From Promethearchaeota archaeon (lineage in GTDB: Archaea > Asgardarchaeota > Lokiarchaeia > Sigyniarchaeales > SOKP01), in NCBI GenBank assembly GCA_019058245.1, contig JAHPZJ010000030.1, positions 64,001 to 128,000 of the forward strand: a stretch of DNA of 64,000 nucleotides, read 5' to 3'. The position numbers and the translations under genes are program-made. This document shows, in pieces, positions 51,607 to 59,958 of this stretch (positions are counted from its first letter, which is position 1; each line of letters opens with the position of its first letter). The notes beneath the pieces were generated by a model. That model was not told where the DNA came from and did not search any database. It worked only from the letters and a program-made list of their open reading frames with translations.

Positions 51607-52209
51607 ATGCCTAAAGTAGAAGAAGAAAAAGGATTTGTAGAGATACTTAATAGTAGATATAAACTTCGCGGATTATTTCACATAATTGAAGCAAATCAAC
51701 CCATTTATAATAAAGACACTGGAAAATTAGCTGGTGTGACAAATCCAAGAGATGTGACATATATCCACTCATACGGTGGAGAAGCTATATTTTTCGAATC
51801 TCTTAGTAAGGGGAAACTTATGGCTTCAAGGTGTGATAATGAAAAATGTGAATCCAAAGGTTCAATCTATGAACCATTTCGAATATTCTGTCCAGACTGC
51901 CTAAGGAAAAATACTATTGTAGATATCACTGAAAAAGCTCAAAAAACAGCTAAAATCCACTCTTTTATTATTACTCATCGTTCTGGAGCCTTTAATATAT
52001 TACCAAAACCAATTAAATTCATAAATGTCGAATTTGATGAAGAAGTGGTTACAATTCTTATGAGTGTTTTAGTTGTAGGAGAACCTGAAATTGGAAAAAG
52101 AATAATACCAATTTTTCGAATAAAAAGCCCAACTTATACAATTATGGATTTAATGTTTGTTGTTAAAGGTACAACTGAATCAGAGTTACCTGAGAAATTT
52201 AGTTTCTAA
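51607..52209 (+). CDS. DUF35 Zn-ribbon/OB-fold partner of the thiolase-like protein
   Basis: FFESLSKGKLMASRC...C...P.RIFCPDC followed by an OB-like region; 4 nt downstream of the thiolase gene. Confidence 0.88.
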   Translation: MPKVEEEKGFVEILNSRYKLRGLFHIIEANQPIYNKDTGKLAGVTNPRDVTYIHSYGGEAIFFESLSKGKLMASRCDNEKCESKGSIYEPFRIFCPDCLRKNTIVDITEKAQKTAKIHSFIITHRSGAFNILPKPIKFINVEFDEEVVTILMSVLVVGEPEIGKRIIPIFRIKSPTYTIMDLMFVVKGTTESELPEKFSF

Positions 52210-52221
52210 TATTTTCTATAA

Positions 52222-52237
52222 CTTTCTTTTTTTTTTT
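52222..52237 (+). terminator. Oligo-T archaeal terminator-like tract
   Basis: CTTTC plus a long T run 13 nt after the DUF35 stop codon. Confidence 0.45.
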
Positions 52238-52398
52238 AATTTATAATTGAAATTCAATTAAAAATTCAGAGTTAGTAAATTTTATGCTTCAATACAAAAG
52301 ATAATTAATTATTTTTTTTTTAAAGTTAGGAAAGAAATAATTTTTTTATCAAAATATAACTATAATACTCAAAAATTAAATTTCAAAAGTGAAAAAAA

Positions 52399-53223
52399 TT
52401 GTCGGAAAAAATTGTATTAATAGAGGAAAACGAAGATAAGAGTATAATCACTATAAAAATGAATCGATTAGACAAAAGAAATGCGTTAAATTATGGTTTG
52501 ATGAGAGGTCTTCAAGATGCAATTGATAAAGTTGAACGAACAAATGCTAGAGTTGTTATTATAACTGGAGGAGATGAATTCTTTAGTTCTGGTATTGATT
52601 TAAAATTTTTAACAGGGCAAGAAAAAGATCCTGAAGGTCGTATTCCTGATATCAGAGTCCCTAGGAATTTTAGATATTTTGCAAATACATGGATTCATCC
52701 AATTTTTATTAAAATTGAAAAAATGGAAAAACCTGTAATTGCTAAAATTAATGGTTTTTGTTTTGGAATGGCATTTGAGTTAGCTTTAGCGTGTGATTTT
52801 CGATTTTGTACCGAATCTACTAAATTTTCGATGTTAGAAACTAAAGTTGGTATAACACCTGACGTAGGAGGTACCTGTCGTTTAACTCGATTAGTAGGGA
52901 TTCCAAATGCAAAAGATATCATTTTAACTGGACGCCAATTCGATGGAAATGAGGCATATAGACTTGGAGTTGTAAATAGAGTTGTAAAAGACCATAAAGA
53001 ATTAGATTCATTAATCAATATGTACTCAGATGAATTAATTGATTCTGCACCACTAGCAGTAGGACTTGGCAAAAAGTTAATAGATGATTGTTATGGAAAA
53101 GATACTGCTTTTGGATTGGAATTAGAAACTCTTGTAAGTTCACAATTATTTCAAACAAAAGATGCTAAATCAGGAGGACTTGCTCGTCTTCAAAAAGTCA
53201 AACCAAAATGGCTATGGAAGTGA
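52399..53223 (+). CDS. Enoyl-CoA hydratase/isomerase (crotonase)
   Basis: NRLDKRNAL, FSSGIDL, KPVIAKING, ELALACDFR, ETKVGITPDVGG. Confidence 0.92.
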   Translation: MSEKIVLIEENEDKSIITIKMNRLDKRNALNYGLMRGLQDAIDKVERTNARVVIITGGDEFFSSGIDLKFLTGQEKDPEGRIPDIRVPRNFRYFANTWIHPIFIKIEKMEKPVIAKINGFCFGMAFELALACDFRFCTESTKFSMLETKVGITPDVGGTCRLTRLVGIPNAKDIILTGRQFDGNEAYRLGVVNRVVKDHKELDSLINMYSDELIDSAPLAVGLGKKLIDDCYGKDTAFGLELETLVSSQLFQTKDAKSGGLARLQKVKPKWLWK

Positions 53224-53292
53224 TACTGCAGAATTATATTATTTTCTAATTTATTTATTCTTTTTTTAAAAAAATTGATGTCAAATCAATGT

Positions 53293-53330
53293 ATTTATTC
53301 AATTAGATTCAATCAATTTATTCAATTAGA
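53293..53330. repeat. 15-nt direct repeat ATTTATTCAATTAGA x2 in a convergent intergenic region
   Basis: Copies at 53293-53307 and 53316-53330. Confidence 0.5.
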
Positions 53331-53386
53331 GAAATTCGGAGTAAAGAAAAAAAAAAAATTTAAAATATTATTTATAGTTATGTAAT

Positions 53387-54124
53387 TTACAATCCTGGAA
53401 TCTCTGTTCGTTTGTGAAGGGTGTCCAAACCTTTAGAGATAATTGCTATAGTGATTAGAAATATAATAGCGACAATAATGTAGGTTGTGAGTGATATAAA
53501 CGAATCTGCAACAATAGATTTTGCTTGTCCAAAGAGTTCAGTAGCTCCAATTAATGAAACAACAACAGTATATTTCGGTAAATATGCTGCTTCATTTGAC
53601 CACGCAGGAATTACACGACGTAAAGCTTGTGGTAAAATTATATGACGAATTCCCGCTACACGCGACATACCTATCGATTGAGCAGCCATTAGTTGCCCGG
53701 CACCAATAGACATTATTGAACTACGCAAATATTCAGCTTGATAAGCTGCACTATTAAGACTTAAGGCAATGATTCCAAATAAAATTCGGTGATTTAAGAA
53801 AATAAAAGTTATATTTTTATCAAATATGCTAAATCTAGCTAACACGTTCCATGTTCCAACTGGTATATTTAATCCATAAAATATAAAGAATAATTGTGCA
53901 ATTAAAGGAGTACCTCGTATAAACTCAATATATCCTCCGGATACTCTTGAAAGTATTCTACCTCCATATTGCCGGAAAAGAGAAAGTAAAAGTCCTAAGA
54001 AGAATCCTATCATAAGTGCCCATACATAAAGCCACATTGTAGTAAGAAAACCAGATAAGATTCGGTCCCAGTATCCTAATATAGTGAAAATTTCCCCTAT
54101 TGGATTGTTTTGTTGAAAAATCAT
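53387..54124 (-). CDS. Polar amino-acid ABC transporter permease
   Basis: RGTPLIAQLF, SAAYQAEYLRSSI, GQLMAAQSIGM, ILPQALRR. Confidence 0.93.
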   Translation of the reverse strand: MIFQQNNPIGEIFTILGYWDRILSGFLTTMWLYVWALMIGFFLGLLLSLFRQYGGRILSRVSGGYIEFIRGTPLIAQLFFIFYGLNIPVGTWNVLARFSIFDKNITFIFLNHRILFGIIALSLNSAAYQAEYLRSSIMSIGAGQLMAAQSIGMSRVAGIRHIILPQALRRVIPAWSNEAAYLPKYTVVVSLIGATELFGQAKSIVADSFISLTTYIIVAIIFLITIAIISKGLDTLHKRTEIPGL

Positions 54125-54900
54125 TATTTTTCCTCCTCTTCTAATAAGTCTATCATTTGTTCATGAGTCCCATATAATACTTCAAGCTGTTTTAGAAATT
54201 TTCTTACACGTTCAGATTCTGGTTTCATGAAGAAATGTTTAGGTGTACCACGTTCAATAACTGCACCTTCACTAAGAAAGATCATTTCCGTCGCTACAGC
54301 TTTAGCAAATCCCATTTCATGGGTTACGACAACCATTGTTGTGCCTGCTTTAGCGATGTCTAACATAACTTGAAGTACTTCACCTATTAGTTCAGGATCT
54401 AAAGCAGAGGTAGGTTCATCAAATAAAATTATATCTGGTTCCATGGATAGAGCTCGAGCGATTCCTACTCTTTGTTGTTGACCTCCAGATAGCTGAGCAG
54501 GATAATGGTCTGCCCATTCTGCCATTTTAACACGTTCTAGAGCTTCAAGAGCTTTTTCTCTAGCTTCTTCCTTGGAAAATCCTTTAACTCGACGAAGTCC
54601 AATACTTACATTATCAATTGCTTTAAGATGGGCGAATAAATTGAAATGTTGAAATACCATCCCTATTCGGGTCCGGATTTCGTTTAGGTTAACCCCAGAT
54701 GCCGTAATATTTTTCCCGTGAAGAAAGATTTCACCTTTATCTGGTGGATTTAACATGTTAATACATCGAAGTAATGTACTTTTACCAGAACCGCTTGGTC
54801 CAAATATAACCTTTACTTCTTTTTCAGCTAATTCAAAGGAAACTCCTTTAAGTACTTGTAAGTCTTCATACGATTTCCACACATTATTCACGCTTAACAC
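54124..54900 (-). CDS. Polar amino-acid ABC transporter ATPase (GlnQ/ArtP-like)
   Basis: GPSGSGKST, MVFQHFNLF, LSGGQQQRV, FDEPTSALDPEL, VTHEMGFA. Confidence 0.95.
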   Translation of the reverse strand: MLSVNNVWKSYEDLQVLKGVSFELAEKEVKVIFGPSGSGKSTLLRCINMLNPPDKGEIFLHGKNITASGVNLNEIRTRIGMVFQHFNLFAHLKAIDNVSIGLRRVKGFSKEEAREKALEALERVKMAEWADHYPAQLSGGQQQRVGIARALSMEPDIILFDEPTSALDPELIGEVLQVMLDIAKAGTTMVVVTHEMGFAKAVATEMIFLSEGAVIERGTPKHFFMKPESERVRKFLKQLEVLYGTHEQMIDLLEEEEK

Positions 54901-54923
54901 TGGTTCGTATTTAACCTCTATCC

Positions 54924-55610
54924 TTAACCACCCCCCATTCCTAATTTTTTAAGTTTCTTGGTTTGGTGTTCACCAAATAATTTTGTTATCGGATATGTCA
55001 ATAAAAAATAGAGAATTGCTAGTACACCAATAGAAACTGTCCAAAATCCTCGAAAGGCATATGAAAAATTATATGCAGCTCTGGTCAACTCGACAATTCC
55101 AACTGCATAAGCAAAGGAAGAATCCTTAATGACTACTGAATACTCATTGGACCAACTAGGCATAGCTAGTCTTAATGCTTGGGGTAGAACAACGTGTCGA
55201 AAAGTTTGAAGCCCACTCATCCCCAAAGCACGTGCAGCTTCAATCTGTCCTGGATTTACAGATAAAATAGCACCACGAAAAATTTGAGATTGATATGCCC
55301 CACTTCGAAGTCCGAGTGCAAAAATTATACTTGCTAAAGGTCTTTGAAGAGGATCTACATACCAGAATAACTCTGGAACTCCAAATGCAAATATATAAAT
55401 TAGCACTAGAATAGGAATACCTCGGAAAATCTTCTCATAGCCGCTTGCTAACCAATTAAGCTCTTTCCCTGCATAAACACGCATGAGAGCTAATATAATA
55501 CCTAAAACAAATCCAATTAATAAGCCCAGTACTGTCATAAGCAATGTTTGGGCTAATCCCTTTGTGACAATATAAATTAAAATGTCAGCTAGGTCCGGCA
55601 TATTACTCAT
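54924..55610 (-). CDS. Polar amino-acid ABC transporter permease
   Basis: FRGIP, GAYQSQIFRGAI, GQIEAARALGM, LPQALR, KDSS. Confidence 0.93.
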   Translation of the reverse strand: MSNMPDLADILIYIVTKGLAQTLLMTVLGLLIGFVLGIILALMRVYAGKELNWLASGYEKIFRGIPILVLIYIFAFGVPELFWYVDPLQRPLASIIFALGLRSGAYQSQIFRGAILSVNPGQIEAARALGMSGLQTFRHVVLPQALRLAMPSWSNEYSVVIKDSSFAYAVGIVELTRAAYNFSYAFRGFWTVSIGVLAILYFLLTYPITKLFGEHQTKKLKKLGMGGG

Positions 55611-55617
55611 CCTTTAA

Positions 55618-56439
55618 TTAACCAAACCATTCATCCATTAAATCAAATATTGATCCATCCTGATAACTGTCAAAAATAACTTGATTCATAGTATACAATA
55701 GTTTTGGTTCCCCCAGCCTAGTCCATAAAGCAAGAGGTTCCGTTCCTGTACTATATATTATCTTTATATCGTATGTATTTGCCCAAGCTGTAAAAACTGG
55801 CTCATCTACATATGCAAGCTGTATAGCTCCACTATCTAATGCTAACATTAGATCATTTGCATTATCATATACTAATAAATCAGCCCCTACAGTCATATCT
55901 AAACCATCGGGACCTAGCTCCTCATACATAACAGTTCCAGTTTGAACACCAACAGTATAATCTTCGAGATCGTTTATAGTTGTTATTGTGATTCCTGACG
56001 CATTAGGAGCAACTACAGCTTGACTCACAGTAATATACGTAATGGATGGTGCAAGATTTTCTGCTCGTTCTTCTGTATATGTCATAGCGGCGGCAATCAT
56101 ATCTATTGTTCCTGCTCTACAAGCAGCAATCAGAGAATCAAAGGGTATATTCTGCATCACAAGGTCAACACCTATTTCGTCTGCAATCATCTCCGCTACA
56201 TCTATATCAAAGCCTACAATAAGTCCTTCAGGATAAGTTAAATTTTCAAAAGGCGGATAATCTGCACTTGTTCCCACAATTAGTTCTCCTCGAGCAACAA
56301 TTGTATCAAGTAATGGAGTACGAGCAGCCTCTGGAATAGGTGAAGGTATAAACCATCCACCAATTAATCCAACTCCAAAACCAACTATAATTGCTATTAT
56401 TGCAATTTCTCTTCTTATTACTGGTGATTCTCTACTCAT
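55618..56439 (-). CDS. Polar amino-acid ABC substrate-binding protein (family 3) with an N-terminal membrane anchor
   Basis: VGTSADYPPFE, GFDIDVA, FDSLI, MTYTEER, VGVQTGT. Confidence 0.93.
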   Translation of the reverse strand: MSRESPVIRREIAIIAIIVGFGVGLIGGWFIPSPIPEAARTPLLDTIVARGELIVGTSADYPPFENLTYPEGLIVGFDIDVAEMIADEIGVDLVMQNIPFDSLIAACRAGTIDMIAAAMTYTEERAENLAPSITYITVSQAVVAPNASGITITTINDLEDYTVGVQTGTVMYEELGPDGLDMTVGADLLVYDNANDLMLALDSGAIQLAYVDEPVFTAWANTYDIKIIYSTGTEPLALWTRLGEPKLLYTMNQVIFDSYQDGSIFDLMDEWFG

Positions 56440-56844
56440 TTAATTATAACCTCATTTTTTATTTTTTTTAATAATTCATTAATGGTAATTTTTGGATAAA
56501 TTTTGATGTGGATATATTTTTAAGTAAATATATAAACATTTCTATCCAATTATGATTTAAAGTAATTATTCCGAGATTTAAAATCAACATTTAATATTCT
56601 TCAATTAATAGGTATTACTTCTAAAAAAGTTTAATATAAGGTTTTTGTCAAGGAGTTCTTTTTGTAATTTAATATAACTCTTATCTTGTTTGGAAATAAT
56701 TCTCTAAATTTAATCAATATCTTAATAATTCGAGATGTATTTTTTTAAATTTATAATGTCTATAATTTTCATTAAAACATTAAAAATTATAGCAATAAAA
56801 GATCAATATTTAAATAATATATTATAAAATGTTAGAGATCAAAA

Positions 56845-58329
56845 ATGAGAAAAAATTTATATAGGATAGGATTAGATATTCCTCTCAACAATGATGCGCT
56901 TAAGTTTATCTCATCTTTAAAAGAAGATTTTTGGATTGTTGAGGAAGATATAATTGGTACTCAAGTCCATAATATTATGCTTTTTGAGCAAAAAATCCTT
57001 GATGAAACTGAGATAAGGAAAATCTTATTTGCCCTTGAGCAAATAAAAAATAAGATTAAGAGTAATAAAATTGAGATAGATGATAGTTTTGAAGATATAC
57101 ATCCATTTATAGAAAAAAGTGTAATTGATACAATTGGGATTGAAATTGGAGGTAAATTACATACTGGTAGATCTAGAAATGATCAAGTATCAGTTGATTT
57201 AAGACTAAAAATCAGAAAGGAGTTAAATAAGATTTCTGAAGGATTATTTGCTCTCATTGATATTTTACTTAATCTTTCTAAAAATAACATAAGTTCATAT
57301 CTGCCATTATATACTCATTTACAAAGAGGACAATTAGGGGTTTTTTCTCATTATATCAATAATTATATTGCTCAGTTTTTAAGAACTCTAGAAAGAATAG
57401 AAGAAATTTATAATAGAGTTAATAAGAATCCACTCGGAGCATGTGCAATAGGAGGAACAAGTATTAATATCAATAGGAATAGGACATCAGAATTACTAGG
57501 ATTTGATGGATTAGTTTATAACTCTATTGATGCTATAAGTTCAAGAGATTATATTTATGAAACATTAATGGTTTTTTCTTTACTAGCTATCCAATTTTCG
57601 AGAATTGCTGAAGATTTAATAATTTGGGCGACTAAAGAATTTAACTTCATAGAATTAGCTGATGAATACTGTTCTGTATCAAGTGTTATGCCACAAAAAA
57701 AAAATCCAGATACTGTAGAATTAATAAGGAGCAGAAGTTCAAAAGTAGTTTCAAACTTATTTAGTACAGCAATGATTATTAAAGCTATTCCAACAGGTTA
57801 CTTTAAAGATTTCCAAGATTTAAAGAAGAAATTGATAAGTTCGATTAATATAATACTTTCAATAATTACAATGTTTAAAGGTATATTTTCAACAATATCC
57901 ATTAATAAAGACAATATGCGACACGCTATTGATGATAGTTTTATTCTTGCTTTAGATTTAGCTGAACTATTAGTACAAGACTATAACATCCCTTTTAGAC
58001 AATCGCATGAAATTGTTGCATTACTAGTAAAGAATTTAGAAAAGCCAGAAGATATGTTAAATAGAGAAAAAATTGAGAAATCAATTTTCAATGTAATAAA
58101 AAAGGAAATAAATTTATCAGAGAAAGTAATTCAAACAATAAAAAATTTGGATCTTTGTTTAGAAAGAAGAATTAGTCAAGGTTCTCCATCTGGAAAAGAG
58201 GTAAAACTTAATATTGATAAACTAGGAAAATGGAAAGATTCATTGTACACTTTATTTTTAAACAGAATAGAAAAAGTAAAAAATGCTAAAGTTCTAAGAA
58301 ATAGACTTATTGAGAAATTAATCTCATGA
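56845..58329 (+). CDS. argH: Argininosuccinate lyase
   Basis: EDIH, LHTGRSRNDQV, YTHLQ, PLGACA, SSVMPQKKNPD, PFRQSHEIV. Confidence 0.95.
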   Translation: MRKNLYRIGLDIPLNNDALKFISSLKEDFWIVEEDIIGTQVHNIMLFEQKILDETEIRKILFALEQIKNKIKSNKIEIDDSFEDIHPFIEKSVIDTIGIEIGGKLHTGRSRNDQVSVDLRLKIRKELNKISEGLFALIDILLNLSKNNISSYLPLYTHLQRGQLGVFSHYINNYIAQFLRTLERIEEIYNRVNKNPLGACAIGGTSININRNRTSELLGFDGLVYNSIDAISSRDYIYETLMVFSLLAIQFSRIAEDLIIWATKEFNFIELADEYCSVSSVMPQKKNPDTVELIRSRSSKVVSNLFSTAMIIKAIPTGYFKDFQDLKKKLISSINIILSIITMFKGIFSTISINKDNMRHAIDDSFILALDLAELLVQDYNIPFRQSHEIVALLVKNLEKPEDMLNREKIEKSIFNVIKKEINLSEKVIQTIKNLDLCLERRISQGSPSGKEVKLNIDKLGKWKDSLYTLFLNRIEKVKNAKVLRNRLIEKLIS

Positions 58330-58419
58330 AAAATAAATTATTGACAATGGTTAAAAGACCTTAATAATCAGAAATTTTCTCTAGTAAATGATTAATATAT
58401 TTATTATTTATTTGTTCCC

Positions 58420-58434
58420 TAAACTTTTTAAATA
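58420..58434 (+). promoter_or_regulatory. Putative BRE/TATA promoter of the arg leader transcript
   Basis: AAAC-TTTTTAAATA; archaeal spacing would put the TSS near 58459, at the start of the structured leader. The AT-rich background lowers confidence. Confidence 0.4.
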
Positions 58435-58504
58435 GCGCTTCCTATTATAAAATTATTAATAATTTTGTGTTGGTGTTAAAAGTTTGATTTCACTTGATCT
58501 TAAT

Positions 58505-58591
58505 ATGAATTATGAAATTGATAAAATTCAATTTCTGAGAACACCATACAAATTAAATCTGGCACGTCGCCGTCGTCTGCTAATTTATTAA
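58505..58591 (+). CDS. Putative arginine-sensing leader peptide (28 aa, MNYEIDKIQFLRTPYKLNLARRRRLLIY)
   Basis: ATG 58505 to TAA 58591; CGT-CGC-CGT-CGT at 58565-58576; ends 112 nt upstream of argJ. Confidence 0.8.
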   Translation: MNYEIDKIQFLRTPYKLNLARRRRLLIY

Positions 58592-58661
58592 TAAATATAA
58601 GAATTGAAGTATAATTCTTATTTCTTCACTTCTTCAAATTTATTATTTTTATAATTTTTTT
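58589..58661 (+). terminator. Putative attenuator: hairpin ATAAGAATT/AATTCTTAT followed by pyrimidine- and U-rich tracts
   Basis: Perfect 9-bp inverted repeat 58597-58605/58613-58621, then TTCTTCACTTCTTC and TTATTATTTTTATAATTTTTTT. Confidence 0.55.
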
Positions 58662-58703
58662 AAAATATTAATTGATACAAAAATTTTTAATGGTTTATAA
58701 GAA

Positions 58704-59945
58704 ATGGAAAAAAAGAATGCAGGAATAAAGAAAATTAATGGAGGAATTACAAGTCCAAAAGGATATCATGCTACTGGAAGTCATATAGGGATAAAAGAAT
58801 GCAAAAAAGATTTAGCTATAGTATATAGTGATGTTCCAGCCAAAGCAGTAGGTGTCTTTACTACAAATTTATTAAAAGCATCTTCAGTTTTATGGAATCA
58901 GAATCTTATTAAAAATCACAATATGATACAAGGTATAGTTGTTAATAGTGGAAATGCTAACGTTTGTACAGGAGAAATAGGGGATAAACATACAGAAATG
59001 ATGGCTGCTGAGTTAGCTTCTTGTTTGGGATTTAATAAAAATCAAGTAATAGTTGCTTCTACAGGGGTTATTGGAAAACTTCTTCCAATTGAAATTATAA
59101 TTAAGGGTATTAAAAATACTTGTAAAACCCTAGGAATTACTGAAAATGATGCTAGATTGGCTGCTGAAGCAATAATAACGACAGATACACACCCAAAAGA
59201 GATCTCGGTTGAATTTATTATCGATAATAAGAAAATTAGAATTGGAGGTATGGCTAAGGGTTCTGGAATGATTCATCCAAATATGGCAACTATGCTTTCA
59301 TTTATTTCAACGGATATAAATATTTCAAGAGAATTATTGGAAAAAGCTTTAAAAGAAAGCATTGAAGAATCATATAATATGATCTCTGTAGATGGTGATA
59401 CAAGTACTAGTGATTCAGTAATTCTTTTGGCTAATGGAATGAGTAATAACTCAGAAATCTTGGATGAGGGTGAAGATTATCTCACTTTTAAACAAGCTCT
59501 TCACTATGTAAATTTATATTTAGCTCAAGAAATTGTAAGAGATGGAGAAGGAGCAAATAAATTTATTACAGTCCATGTTAAAGGAGCTGCATCAAAGCAA
59601 GATGCAAAGATCTTAAGTAAATCTGTTATAACCTCAAATTTAGTTAAAACCGCATTCTTTGGAGAAGATGCAAATTGGGGTAGAATTATTTGTGCTATGG
59701 GATATTCTGGAGCTAATTTTGATCCTTCAAAAGTTTCAATAAAGTATTTAAATAGTGGTAATTCAATTGAGGTTATGAAAGATGGTATGTCTTTAGAATT
59801 TGATGAAGATTTAGCATTAAAAATATTAAAAGAAAAAGAAATTATTGTAGAATTAATTTTAAAAGATGGAGAAAGTGAGGCAATCGCATGGGGATGTGAT
59901 TTAAGTTATGATTATGTCCGAATTAATGGTTCTTATAGAACCTGA
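58704..59945 (+). CDS. argJ: Bifunctional glutamate N-acetyltransferase/ornithine acetyltransferase
   Basis: GVFTTN, NSGNANVCTG, ASTGVIG, TTDT, AKGSGMIHPNMATML (autocleavage site), VDGDTSTSD, DGEGA, DANWGR. Confidence 0.97.
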   Translation: MEKKNAGIKKINGGITSPKGYHATGSHIGIKECKKDLAIVYSDVPAKAVGVFTTNLLKASSVLWNQNLIKNHNMIQGIVVNSGNANVCTGEIGDKHTEMMAAELASCLGFNKNQVIVASTGVIGKLLPIEIIIKGIKNTCKTLGITENDARLAAEAIITTDTHPKEISVEFIIDNKKIRIGGMAKGSGMIHPNMATMLSFISTDINISRELLEKALKESIEESYNMISVDGDTSTSDSVILLANGMSNNSEILDEGEDYLTFKQALHYVNLYLAQEIVRDGEGANKFITVHVKGAASKQDAKILSKSVITSNLVKTAFFGEDANWGRIICAMGYSGANFDPSKVSIKYLNSGNSIEVMKDGMSLEFDEDLALKILKEKEIIVELILKDGESEAIAWGCDLSYDYVRINGSYRT

Positions 59946-59958
59946 AAAGGTGGAAAAA

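Noticed and set aside
56440-56844. Possible Arg leader or ARG-box upstream of the ABC operon or argH
   Set aside because: No Arg-codon run seen; AT-rich palindromes cannot be distinguished from background; no argR in the window
59908-59958. Track start of argB overlapping argJ
   Set aside because: The ATG at 59959 has an AGGTGG RBS, avoids a 38-nt overlap and gives a normal ArgB length
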